DNA of 55,621 bases from a virus (lineage: Duplodnaviria > Caudoviricetes): the IMG/VR virus record IMGVR_UViG_3300033153_013781, positions 1 through 55,621 of that record. One strand, written 5' to 3'. This document shows, one piece after another, positions 15,944 to 23,770 of the stretch; position 1 is the first letter of the stretch, and every line of letters begins with the position of its first letter. The position numbers were made by a program, and so were the translations under genes. A model generated the notes under the pieces. That model made no database searches, was not told the DNA's origin, and saw only the letters and a list, made by a program, of their open reading frames with translations.

Positions 15944-16317
15944 TATCTTTCTTCCCAATGCAATATTCTGTGACATTTGCAACAGAGTGTTTCACACTTA
16001 GATATTTCCTTCTTGATTTTATCTATTGACATTCCTCTGCGTGAGGCATCTGCAATAGTAAAATCTTTTTCTCCTTTGTTATGGTGAAAATCCAGAACTC
16101 TAAAATCGTCTTCGCCACACTTTTTGCATATTAATTCTTTTTTGAATTCATTCAACCATATCCTAATTTTACGCCGTCTTATATTTTTCGTCTCTTGATA
16201 GCATTTTTGGCATTTCCATCTTCGATATTCTTTGCCTTTGACAATATTGGCTATCTCAAATTTCTTTATCGGACATCTGGTATTACAATACTTGCAAATT
16301 CTTGTTTTTGGTTCCAT
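15934..16317 (-). CDS. HNH endonuclease
   Basis: CKKCGEDDFRVLDFHH..CETLCCKCHRILH. Confidence 0.9.
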   Translation of the reverse strand: MEPKTRICKYCNTRCPIKKFEIANIVKGKEYRRWKCQKCYQETKNIRRRKIRIWLNEFKKELICKKCGEDDFRVLDFHHNKGEKDFTIADASRRGMSIDKIKKEISKCETLCCKCHRILHWEERYGV

Positions 16318-16424
16318 TGAAATTTACCTCCAATAGAATATTCCAAAACAATCACCTGTTCTCCTTTGGGATACCAGATCGTTTCCCCAAACATTTTTAT
16401 TTCCACATATTTGATTTTCAAAGA

Positions 16425-16452
16425 GCGGATTACCAAATTTTCCTACACCCGG
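16425..16452 (-). pseudogene. tRNA-Pro 5' fragment
   Basis: CCGGGTG-TA-GGAAAATTTGGTAATCC-GC. Confidence 0.65.
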
Positions 16453-16682
16453 TTTATTTTCTTTCTTCCTACATGCCAACCATTACAAAACCGACATCTA
16501 TAATGCTCCAATGAGTTTCTTGTGCTTTCCTTTGCATTCATTTCTTTTGCTGCTCTAATTGCAGAAGATTCTTTTGGATACATAATTTTTATTTCACAAG
16601 AATAATGCCAATCGATTATGGAGGTATATTTAATAATACATCGATAAATAAATTCCCATAACCATCGCATTTTCATTCTCAA
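16443..16682 (-). CDS. hypothetical protein (YRCxxCxGWHVG)
   Basis: Zn-ribbon-like C-terminus. Confidence 0.7.
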   Translation of the reverse strand: MRMKMRWLWEFIYRCIIKYTSIIDWHYSCEIKIMYPKESSAIRAAKEMNAKESTRNSLEHYRCRFCNGWHVGRKKINRV

Positions 16683-16755
16683 TAGGCTGAGTGGGACTCG
16701 AACCCACGATTTCTTCCTTATCAGGGAAGCGATTTTGCCACTAATCTACCAGCCC
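16683..16755 (-). tRNA. tRNA-Ile(GAT)
   Basis: GGGCTGG..TCAGCCT A; CTTCC-CTGATAA-GGAAG. Confidence 0.9.
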
Positions 16756-16972
16756 TCTTTTTTACTATCACTGTCACTGCTAATGGTTGTTCATTTTCAT
16801 CAACATCGATACAGATTTCTCCCCAGTCTTCGATGTAAGCCAATTTTGTATGATGTGCTTCACCGATTTCAACTGGTTTAAATTCTGCATCATAAATCAT
16901 AAGCATAGAGTCATCGTTACCTTTTATTTCGGTAACAAATGATTTTGTATTATTAGTTATCATTTTGCACAT
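16721..16972 (-). CDS. hypothetical protein (stop inside tRNA-Ile)
   Basis: GAGG RBS before MCKM; reads into the tRNA up to a TGA in the anticodon loop. Confidence 0.55.
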   Translation of the reverse strand: MCKMITNNTKSFVTEIKGNDDSMLMIYDAEFKPVEIGEAHHTKLAYIEDWGEICIDVDENEQPLAVTVIVKKRAGRLVAKSLP

Positions 16973-16986
16973 TTTATTTACCTCAA

Positions 16987-17057
16987 TAACCCTGGCGAGA
17001 TTCGAACTCACACTAAAATCTTCGCAGGATCTCGTGCTTCCATTACACTACAGGGTT
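16987..17057 (-). tRNA. tRNA-Arg(GCG)
   Basis: AACCCTG..CAGGGTT A; AGATC-CTGCGAA-GATTT. Confidence 0.85.
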
Positions 17058-17061
17058 CTAA

Positions 17062-17135
17062 TGGGCGAGGTGGGACTCGAACCCACATAACACCTCCGTG
17101 TAAGAGAGGCACTTGGCCAATTAAGTTACACGCCC
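17062..17135 (-). tRNA. tRNA-Val(TAC)
   Basis: GGGCGTG..CTCGCCC A; CCTCT-CTTACAC-GGAGG. Confidence 0.9.
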
Positions 17136-17181
17136 TATTCTACACTACCTATGAAATTGTCAAAAAGCAAGGTTAATCCAT

Positions 17182-17227
17182 AAAAAAAGCCCCATGAATC
17201 CGTTGTCGGACTCATGGGGCTTTTTTT
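17182..17227 (-). terminator. intrinsic terminator / attenuator hairpin
   Basis: GCCCCATGAGTCCG-ACAA-CGGATTCATGGGGC followed by T7. Confidence 0.9.
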
Positions 17228-17241
17228 GTCTTTCGACAGCC

Positions 17242-17370
17242 TTACAAGTCCGCACCTCCTGGCACGTTGCCTGTATTTTCGCTCATAGGCGCAATACGGG
17301 CTGCGGGGGATACTGTGGTCCCTTGATGCCGTTGCGATTGTGAGTTTGACTGTCTATTATTGATGAACAT
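17242..17370 (-). CDS. 42-aa leader peptide of the tRNA operon attenuator
   Basis: Own translation MFINNRQSNSQSQRHQGTTVSPAARIAPMSENTGNVPGGADL; AAGGA RBS; 3' end complementary to the terminator stem. Confidence 0.8.
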   Translation of the reverse strand: MFINNRQSNSQSQRHQGTTVSPAARIAPMSENTGNVPGGADL

Positions 17371-17423
17371 TATATTTCCTTAAATTTCGGCTCAAAAATA
17401 CGTTAATTTGAGCTTGTTTTAGA

Positions 17424-17451
17424 AGTATACGATATTATACCGTAATGTCAA
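17424..17451 (-). promoter_or_regulatory. sigma70-type promoter of the tRNA operon
   Basis: TTGACA-N16-TATACT. Confidence 0.75.
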
Positions 17452-17546
17452 GTGGATTCTTCTATTTTTCTTTTATTTTTTCAAAAAATCTTTGAAGCAG
17501 GATTTTGGGGTCATTTTTCCCAAGTAGGAGATGGAGGTTGTTTTTC

Positions 17547-17744
17547 ATGCCACGCAAAAATAGAAAAGGACGCTGCGGTGAACGAATTGTTGATATTTTG
17601 GATTTGAGAGAATCGAATCTTTGCGATTATTTCAATGGCAAGCGAAAGAACAGTAAACCTTGTTGTCGAAACTGTATTCATTTTCATCTTTTGGAAGTTT
17701 GTAAGAGCGATAAGATAGATCGCGTTTCAAACGACGATAGTTAA
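17547..17744 (+). CDS. small Cys-rich protein
   Basis: GGAGG RBS; CCRNCIHF. Confidence 0.6.
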   Translation: MPRKNRKGRCGERIVDILDLRESNLCDYFNGKRKNSKPCCRNCIHFHLLEVCKSDKIDRVSNDDS

Positions 17745-17787
17745 ATTGGTCATGTTCATATCATATTAACGCCTTGAAGGAGATTCT

Positions 17788-18222
17788 ATGATGTATGATG
17801 TTTACCTTGGGGGCGTTACAGCGCCCGAATGGCGTAAAGAATTCAGAGATAATGTTAGTTCTGACATTTCTATTTTCGATCCTTATATCGAAACATTTAC
17901 GAAGTATAACAAGCACGATAAAGCAGAGCAAATTGCTCGTGAATTTCACTTCATGGAAGAATGTGATATTGTTGTTTTTTATTTTAATTCAAAAACAGCA
18001 AAATCTGCTCGACTTCAGCTTGGAGATGCCGTTGGACACGACAAACAAGTGATTGTTTGTTTGGACGGAAAAGTCCCTGGCAAAACGTTTATCAAACGAT
18101 ATTGTGAATTTCGTGGAATCATTATGGTTGATTCTGTGGAGGATCTCGTTGCTACTGTAGAAGAGTGTGCAGCTGAAGTAGAATTGTGTCAATTGTCAGA
18201 ATTTGACAACATTCACAAATAA
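17788..18222 (+). CDS. nucleoside 2-deoxyribosyltransferase-like protein
   Basis: VYLGG..WR..IFDP..E..CDIVVFYF pattern. Confidence 0.7.
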   Translation: MMYDVYLGGVTAPEWRKEFRDNVSSDISIFDPYIETFTKYNKHDKAEQIAREFHFMEECDIVVFYFNSKTAKSARLQLGDAVGHDKQVIVCLDGKVPGKTFIKRYCEFRGIIMVDSVEDLVATVEECAAEVELCQLSEFDNIHK

Positions 18223-18256
18223 ATCGTATAATCTGGTATCTAGAAGGAGTTATCGA

Positions 18257-18589
18257 ATGTTCGTTAAGGAACTAGAACTGGAAATATCGTTAGAATCCAT
18301 TCTTCAATATAAAGAAATAGCTGAAAAACATCTTGATGAGCAAAATTCGATTCTGGATGTTGCATTGGCAGGATTTGATTCCAATGGTGACGAAATATTT
18401 GGAATTCGTTTAATATCCGATGCTGGTGAAGAATGGTATGATCCTGAAGAAGATGGATTTGATTCTTTGGTAGGATGGAACGATAAGTCGGACGCTTATT
18501 TTGAATTAGAAAATAAAGTTTTACCCCAGATTGGTTATGCTATTTATCAAAAAGATTTGCAATTATTTCACAAATTCATGGGGAATTAG
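18257..18589 (+). CDS. acidic hypothetical protein
   Basis: AAGGAG RBS before MFVKE. Confidence 0.7.
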   Translation: MFVKELELEISLESILQYKEIAEKHLDEQNSILDVALAGFDSNGDEIFGIRLISDAGEEWYDPEEDGFDSLVGWNDKSDAYFELENKVLPQIGYAIYQKDLQLFHKFMGN

Positions 18590-18598
18590 AAACTGAAT

Positions 18599-19630
18599 AT
18601 GAAACGACGCAGGTTGGTTGCAGGTGAAGAAGTTATTTTAATATTTGACATACAAGCTGGATTTATTCAGCAGTCTGCTAAATTTCAAGAATACCGTAGT
18701 ATAATCTATAATGAGAGAAAACATGAAATTCCGGTTTTCAAACGCAAGCATGACGAGATCACTGGATTGGAATGTTTTTGGATTAAGCCTTCAGATATAG
18801 ATGATGATGCTCGTATTGAACAAATTCAACGAGATCTGATTGAATTGCAATTGAAGGCATTTGAAGTGGGACAAATAACGAGTTCCAAAGTACCAGAAAA
18901 GATACGCGATAAAGAGATTCGTCAAATGGCAAATAAACATACAAAATTTAGAGATAAACTGATTGATAAATTAGGCTATGATCCACTTGATTATTCATGG
19001 GTGGAACGAGAATTGGCAGAAACGCCTATTGAACGTCTTTGGTTTAAATTCCAAAGAGAGCGAAAAGGTAGCTTTGATGACAATTGGGAGCTTACTGTAA
19101 GACACTTCCAAGATGCTCATCATAAGGTAGTAACTCCTGAAGATGCATTTGATCTTTCACGCAAATGGAAACGATATTTGATTGGTGCATGGAATACTAT
19201 AGCGGCTCAAAATGCTAATATAGAAGATTGGAAAACGGCTGCTAAACGATTTGAGAAATATCATCGTGAGATTGAGACTCGCATGATGGAATGGAGCATG
19301 AAATACCAGGAAAAATATCCCCTCGCTAAAGTCAAATCTCCTGTTAATTTTCAGCATGGTCCTTATTTTAATGAGTGCATAGAAAGAGTTCCAAAGCTTT
19401 TTACAGATGCAACGTGTTTTCGATTGCGTGAAGATGTAGTATTGGAAGTAGTGTCTTACGATCCAAAATTACGATATATAAGACTCGATTTTACTTCTGA
19501 TATTCGCGAAAAAATCAAACCAGGCATTCCTCAGAATGACCCTTGGCGACCGATGAGAGCAGATTATATTATATATGTTCCTCCTGAAAAAATTGATGAA
19601 CAATTAGAATTTTTAGGATCGCTTGATTAG
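18599..19630 (+). CDS. hypothetical protein
   Basis: 343 aa ORF. Confidence 0.8.
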   Translation: MKRRRLVAGEEVILIFDIQAGFIQQSAKFQEYRSIIYNERKHEIPVFKRKHDEITGLECFWIKPSDIDDDARIEQIQRDLIELQLKAFEVGQITSSKVPEKIRDKEIRQMANKHTKFRDKLIDKLGYDPLDYSWVERELAETPIERLWFKFQRERKGSFDDNWELTVRHFQDAHHKVVTPEDAFDLSRKWKRYLIGAWNTIAAQNANIEDWKTAAKRFEKYHREIETRMMEWSMKYQEKYPLAKVKSPVNFQHGPYFNECIERVPKLFTDATCFRLREDVVLEVVSYDPKLRYIRLDFTSDIREKIKPGIPQNDPWRPMRADYIIYVPPEKIDEQLEFLGSLD

Positions 19631-20160
19631 TGGGTTTTTCTCTAAAAGAATTTTATACCTTATTAGATGGATACTTAGATAGAATCCCTATAAATGCTCT
19701 AAAAGTTCATCTCAATGAACTTGATATATCTCTTGATGATGTAAAAGAATTTGCACAATTTTCCGATCAATCTTATCGAAGAAATTTAATGCATGAGGGT
19801 AGCGGATACCAAGCTTTAATTATTTGTTGGAAGAATGGTCAACGCAGTCCTATTCACGATCACAAAGGATCAAGTTGTGGAGTAAAGATTTTAAAAGGGG
19901 TGGCCACAGAAACTCTTTTTGTAACTGCTCCGAATAATTTGATTTATCCAACAACTTCAGAATGGTTATTTGAAGGGGATGTTACAGGTTCTGAAAATAG
20001 TGATATTCACCAGGTTTCAAACCTTCAAGAGGGATCGCGAAAATTAGTGACGTTGCACGTTTATTTTCCTGCTTTGTTGAATATGAATTGTTATTCTTTA
20101 GAATCGAATGAAGTCACGAAAATTCATGATCCTGTCTCTGGTTGTGGAGGTGGAATTTGA
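19630..20160 (+). CDS. cysteine dioxygenase family protein
   Basis: YRRNL..W..GQRSPIHDH.GSSC..IHQVSN..TLHVY.P. Confidence 0.9.
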   Translation: MGFSLKEFYTLLDGYLDRIPINALKVHLNELDISLDDVKEFAQFSDQSYRRNLMHEGSGYQALIICWKNGQRSPIHDHKGSSCGVKILKGVATETLFVTAPNNLIYPTTSEWLFEGDVTGSENSDIHQVSNLQEGSRKLVTLHVYFPALLNMNCYSLESNEVTKIHDPVSGCGGGI

Positions 20161-20196
20161 TCTTGCAAATTATTTTTAAAAAATCCAGGAATCTGC

Positions 20197-20225
20197 TTGA
20201 CATTTGTGGTATAATGAAGTATAAA
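20197..20225 (+). promoter_or_regulatory. sigma70-type promoter
   Basis: TTGACA-N17-TATAAA, also an internal TGnTATAAT. Confidence 0.7.
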
Positions 20226-20290
20226 TTAAACATACGTCATTTTGACGTTTCGGGTGGCTTTCGGGCCATCTACTTTTTTGGAGAAAAATT

Positions 20291-20338
20291 ATGCGTATTA
20301 CCCGAAAATCTATATTTAAGAAAAGGACTCGGGGATAA
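20291..20338 (+). CDS. 15-aa leader peptide of second attenuator
   Basis: MRITRKSIFKKRTRG; GGAG RBS; 3' end complementary to the terminator stem. Confidence 0.7.
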   Translation: MRITRKSIFKKRTRG

Positions 20339-20361
20339 GGTACGCCTACATAAGGAATATC

Positions 20362-20395
20362 AACCCTCGATCACTTAGGTAGTCGAGGGTTTTTT
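20362..20395 (+). terminator. intrinsic terminator / attenuator hairpin
   Basis: AACCCTCGA..TCGAGGGTT followed by a T run. Confidence 0.8.
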
Positions 20396-20401
20396 CGTGT
20401 T

Positions 20402-20608
20402 ATGGGCAAGAAAAAGGCTGAAAAGCTACGAGTAATGATGAAAACAGATGGGTTTTGGACGGTCTGGCGTTTTGAATTCGACGTAACAGACGGACGAGGC
20501 GTGGCTTGGCACAACGCACGTGGTACTGGATCTGAAAATTCAATTGAAAAAAGTACTGGACATTTCATCAAAAAGGGTTATGCTGTAATCCCGTGGGAAG
20601 ACGTGTAA
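20402..20608 (+). CDS. hypothetical protein
   Basis: 68 aa; loosely similar to the next ORF (VM.K..G..DG.V.W..G.G..GY.V.W.D). Confidence 0.65.
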   Translation: MGKKKAEKLRVMMKTDGFWTVWRFEFDVTDGRGVAWHNARGTGSENSIEKSTGHFIKKGYAVIPWEDV

Positions 20609-20621
20609 AGGAGATTAAAAA

Positions 20622-20879
20622 TTGGGAGAAGTAGAAGAAAAGCCTAAAGTTATGATTAAGAGTGAAAATGGACTCCTTCTTATTAAAAGACAAATGAAAA
20701 CTGCTGATGGCGATGTTTGGTGGCAATTTTCAAAAGGTCCTGGCGATGGAAAGGCTGTGCTTCCAGCTTCTAAAATTTTTGAAGAACACGGATATGAAAT
20801 CGTATTATGGGATGATAATCAAATAGCGTCTGATGGTAGTGCAATTTTTACAAACAATGATGAAGGTGAAAAAATCTAA
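20622..20879 (+). CDS. hypothetical protein
   Basis: AAGGAG RBS, TTG start. Confidence 0.65.
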   Translation: MGEVEEKPKVMIKSENGLLLIKRQMKTADGDVWWQFSKGPGDGKAVLPASKIFEEHGYEIVLWDDNQIASDGSAIFTNNDEGEKI

Positions 20880-20904
20880 GGGGGCGTAGCTTAGTGGTTA
20901 AAAG
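20880..20904 (+). pseudogene. tRNA 5' fragment
   Basis: GGGGGCG-TA-GCTT-AGTGGTTAAAAG; complementary to CGCCCCC-A at 21701-21708. Confidence 0.55.
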
Positions 20905-20959
20905 GGACGGTAGGTTTTAATTTTTCGTAGGTTCTTTGATAATTGAATAAAAAAAGAAT

Positions 20960-21265
20960 GGGCTCCTAGCTCAATTGGTTAGAGCAAACGACTCATCTAT
21001 ATGGTGCGTTCATAAGGAAACTTTTGAAATGAACGGGATGAATTCAGGGGAACCTCAGCATGTAATGATGGTGGCAATCCTGAGCCAAGCCTGCGGTACA
21101 CCGCAGGAAGGTGCAGAGACTAGTGGAGAGGTATAGTCCTCTTAATAACCACATTAGCGTCCCGCGTTCTAACGTAAAGTCGAGGATGGTGATATAGTCC
21201 AGCGAGTCAAGAAATTGACATTAAGCTGAATCGTTAGGTTGTGGGTTCGAGTCCCACGGAGCCCA
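20960..21265 (+). tRNA. tRNA-Ile2(CAT) interrupted by a group I intron
   Basis: GGGCTCC..GGAGCCC A; exons join to AACGA-CTCATAA-TCGTT. Confidence 0.9.
20997..21228 (+). mobile_element. group I intron (IC3-like), 232 nt
   Basis: AATCCTGAGCCAAG, GTGCAGAGACT and GATATAGTCC core motifs; exon U pairs with IGS GTG; ends in G. Confidence 0.92.
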
Positions 21266-21551
21266 GTTCTAGTAACTTGTTGTCGAATTCCCAATGGCAA
21301 TTTCGACAGAATAATAGTAAGTTACTGTTAGCGTTGACTTCAGCAATAGTAGCAATTGGAAGGAAATCGGAGATTGGTTTAATGTGACAGGTTTCTACGT
21401 GTTTATTGTAACTACAGTTGAAACATACTTGGGGACGCGATTTTGTCTTCTTGTAAATTAACCTTTGATAAGGAAGTGGGAAAACTTCTAAAAACCTGCT
21501 ATGATCAATGGGTAGCTTATTATCGAAATGAACGAATAGGAATTTATTCAT
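21234..21551 (-). pseudogene. HNH endonuclease remnant
   Basis: CFNC..VETCHIKPIS..NLLLFCRNCHWEFD; N-terminus looks degraded; antisense to the tRNA 3' exon. Confidence 0.65.
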
Positions 21552-21864
21552 CCCAAGAACAGGCTGTTCAAGTATGTTTCGATAGAGATATTCCTGAGTA
21601 TGAAATCTACGTTCGTCTTGTAGACGTTCAGACTGAATCTGTGCTTGGTTGCCGTCCCTTGGAATGGTGCTAGATCGTGGTTGAGTTGCTGGAATCCAGT
21701 CGCCCCCAGTTTGGAAATAATTTTAACTTTTAAGGAGAAACCCATGTTTATTGATTTTACAAGTTTAATTACCGCGATTTTAGTAATAATTTTGTTCTTT
21801 TTGCAGTAGTGTCGTGTATGTGGTATGGATGATCTCGATACAGGTAAGAGAAAGTTGAGAAAAA

Positions 21865-22386
21865 ATGACGAAGACGAGTTGGCCACCGATTAAAGATGGA
21901 ACGAAGGTTGTTACTACTAAAGCTAATCCCAAGATCGACGATTGGGCTAAGGAAGTAGTGGAAGCTCGTCAATGGGGAGTTAAAGCTATTGTGATCACGC
22001 ATTATGATTCACATGTTCTTAGTTATAAAGTTCGACATGAAGATGGGACTGATGGATATTACGATTCAAGCGAATTGCAGGTGGCTCAAGAAATGATTTT
22101 TATGGGTGCGGGTGAGCATAGCGAAGCTGAATGCAAAAAATTGCATGGAAGACTAGATGTAGGGCTTTCCCTGTTAGGTGGCATGCAGCAAATGGGGAGT
22201 TGCGGTGATGTTTTCGAACCTTGTACTCCTGAAGAGTTTAAGCGGCATATGGCAGAGGAAATGAATCAAGGCCATACAGTGATCATGGCAGTAATTGAAG
22301 ATATTGCTTCAGCTTTAGGAGCTAAAATTCGTCGAGATGATGATGAGATGCGTTTTATTTTGGAAGTGGAAATAAAGAGAGAATAG
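21865..22386 (+). CDS. hypothetical protein
   Basis: 173 aa ORF. Confidence 0.7.
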   Translation: MTKTSWPPIKDGTKVVTTKANPKIDDWAKEVVEARQWGVKAIVITHYDSHVLSYKVRHEDGTDGYYDSSELQVAQEMIFMGAGEHSEAECKKLHGRLDVGLSLLGGMQQMGSCGDVFEPCTPEEFKRHMAEEMNQGHTVIMAVIEDIASALGAKIRRDDDEMRFILEVEIKRE

Positions 22387-22458
22387 GGTCAATGGCGTAA
22401 TGGTTTGCGCGTTCGGTTGAAGCCCGAAAGGTGGCAGGTTCAATTCCTCCTTGGCCCA
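22386..22458 (+). tRNA. tRNA-Phe(GAA)
   Basis: GGGTCAA..TTGGCCC A; TTCGG-TTGAAGC-CCGAA. Confidence 0.85.
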
Positions 22459-22497
22459 GTTGTTATTGGATAAATTATCTTAATTAAGGAAATTGAA

Positions 22498-22995
22498 ATG
22501 GACATTGCATTAATTTTCGCGGCTGTTGCAATAATTTTGGCTGTTATACTGTTTTTTGCAGGAGGAAAAAGTTCAGCGGAAGAGAATCAGCCTGGTACAC
22601 ATTTTTCTCCACAGGCTGCTGTTCCTCCGGATCAAATGCCAGTTCGAAAAAGGGCTAACAAACGTGGGTGGAAAGCACCTGCTGGTCATTATTTTAATGA
22701 ATTAGATGAACTTGTTACTATTACAGGTGATTTGGTTCTTGACTTGATCATAATTGCTCAACTTTGTGGTGAAGAGTATACTGAGCCAGCTCCAATTGAA
22801 GAGCCTGATCCAGCGTCAATGGAAGAACCTGTGGGTACAGAGACTATTGCGTCTCATCCTGAACCTGTTGAAGTAGCTTCGGATACGAAGACATCAAGTT
22901 ATTCGGATACATCAAGTTATGATTCGGGTGATAGTTATGATTCAGGTGGTGATAGCGGTGGCGGTGGTGGTGATAGTGGTGGTGGTGGTGATTAA
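22498..22995 (+). CDS. membrane protein with Gly/Ser/Asp-rich tail
   Basis: N-terminal TM; ends SYDSGGDSGGGGGD. Confidence 0.75.
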   Translation: MDIALIFAAVAIILAVILFFAGGKSSAEENQPGTHFSPQAAVPPDQMPVRKRANKRGWKAPAGHYFNELDELVTITGDLVLDLIIIAQLCGEEYTEPAPIEEPDPASMEEPVGTETIASHPEPVEVASDTKTSSYSDTSSYDSGDSYDSGGDSGGGGGDSGGGGD

Positions 22996-23228
22996 AATGG
23001 TGTTTTATTATTTAATTGTCGGACTATTGGGATACGTATTGTTATCAAAGAATCAAATAGACTAGGAAAATTGTGACCAGTGATTGGAAAATGTTTTTAT
23101 TCGCATTTGTAATGGTTGCTGTGGTACTCGTTATATCGCGAGATCCAAAAGGAAGAAAATAGAATGAAATATAAACAGAAACAGAAATTTAAACGCTTGT
23201 GATGCGGGCTAAGCTATGCCTGTATTAT

Positions 23229-23303
23229 GGGGGTATAGCTCAGTCTGGTCAGAGCATCGCACTTTTAATGCGAGAGTCGTGAGTTCGAATCTCACTGCCC
23301 CTA
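23229..23303 (+). tRNA. tRNA-Lys(TTT)
   Basis: GGGGGTA..TGCCCCT A; TCGCA-CTTTTAA-TGCGA. Confidence 0.92.
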
Positions 23304-23316
23304 TTAAGGAACAAAA

Positions 23317-23601
23317 ATGGCAACAGCAATGAAAATGACGTTTAGTCCAGAAGATGCAGCTGCATATTTAAATATTTCTGTTGAGGAATTATCGAAGCGC
23401 GTTAAACGTGGTGATCTTCGATTGCATTCTCAAGGAAAAAGAAAGTACCATTTAGCTGGTGAGGTAGATGTTTTAAAATCTATGATTATTCATGAGAACA
23501 ATGCCAGGATTGAAGCTTCATGGGAATCGAAAAAAGCTAAAGATTCAGTAAAAAAGAAGAAAATTTATAACTATGTCCATTATGGACAATTTAGGGATTA
23601 G
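23317..23601 (+). CDS. excisionase/MerR-like HTH protein
   Basis: FSPEDAAAYLNISVEELSKRVKRGDL. Confidence 0.7.
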   Translation: MATAMKMTFSPEDAAAYLNISVEELSKRVKRGDLRLHSQGKRKYHLAGEVDVLKSMIIHENNARIEASWESKKAKDSVKKKKIYNYVHYGQFRD

Positions 23602-23603
23602 AC

Positions 23604-23762
23604 ATGAAAACTTTAATTTGCGGAATTATTTTAGTTTGTTGTTGTTTTATTTTGGGTTGTCCGGCAATTGGCGTTTGCAATGCGGGCAATATTACGAATA
23701 GGACTATTCAATGCATGGCTGATTCGGATTGTCCTACTGAGATTACTTGTATTTTACCTTGA
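23604..23762 (+). CDS. small Cys-rich secreted/lipoprotein-like peptide
   Basis: Own translation MKTLICGIILVCCCFILGC... Confidence 0.4.
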   Translation: MKTLICGIILVCCCFILGCPAIGVCNAGNITNRTIQCMADSDCPTEITCILP

Positions 23763-23770
23763 AGGATCGA

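Noticed and set aside
20142-20378. 78-aa ORF
   Set aside because: Spans promoter, leader and terminator; the 15-aa leader has the RBS
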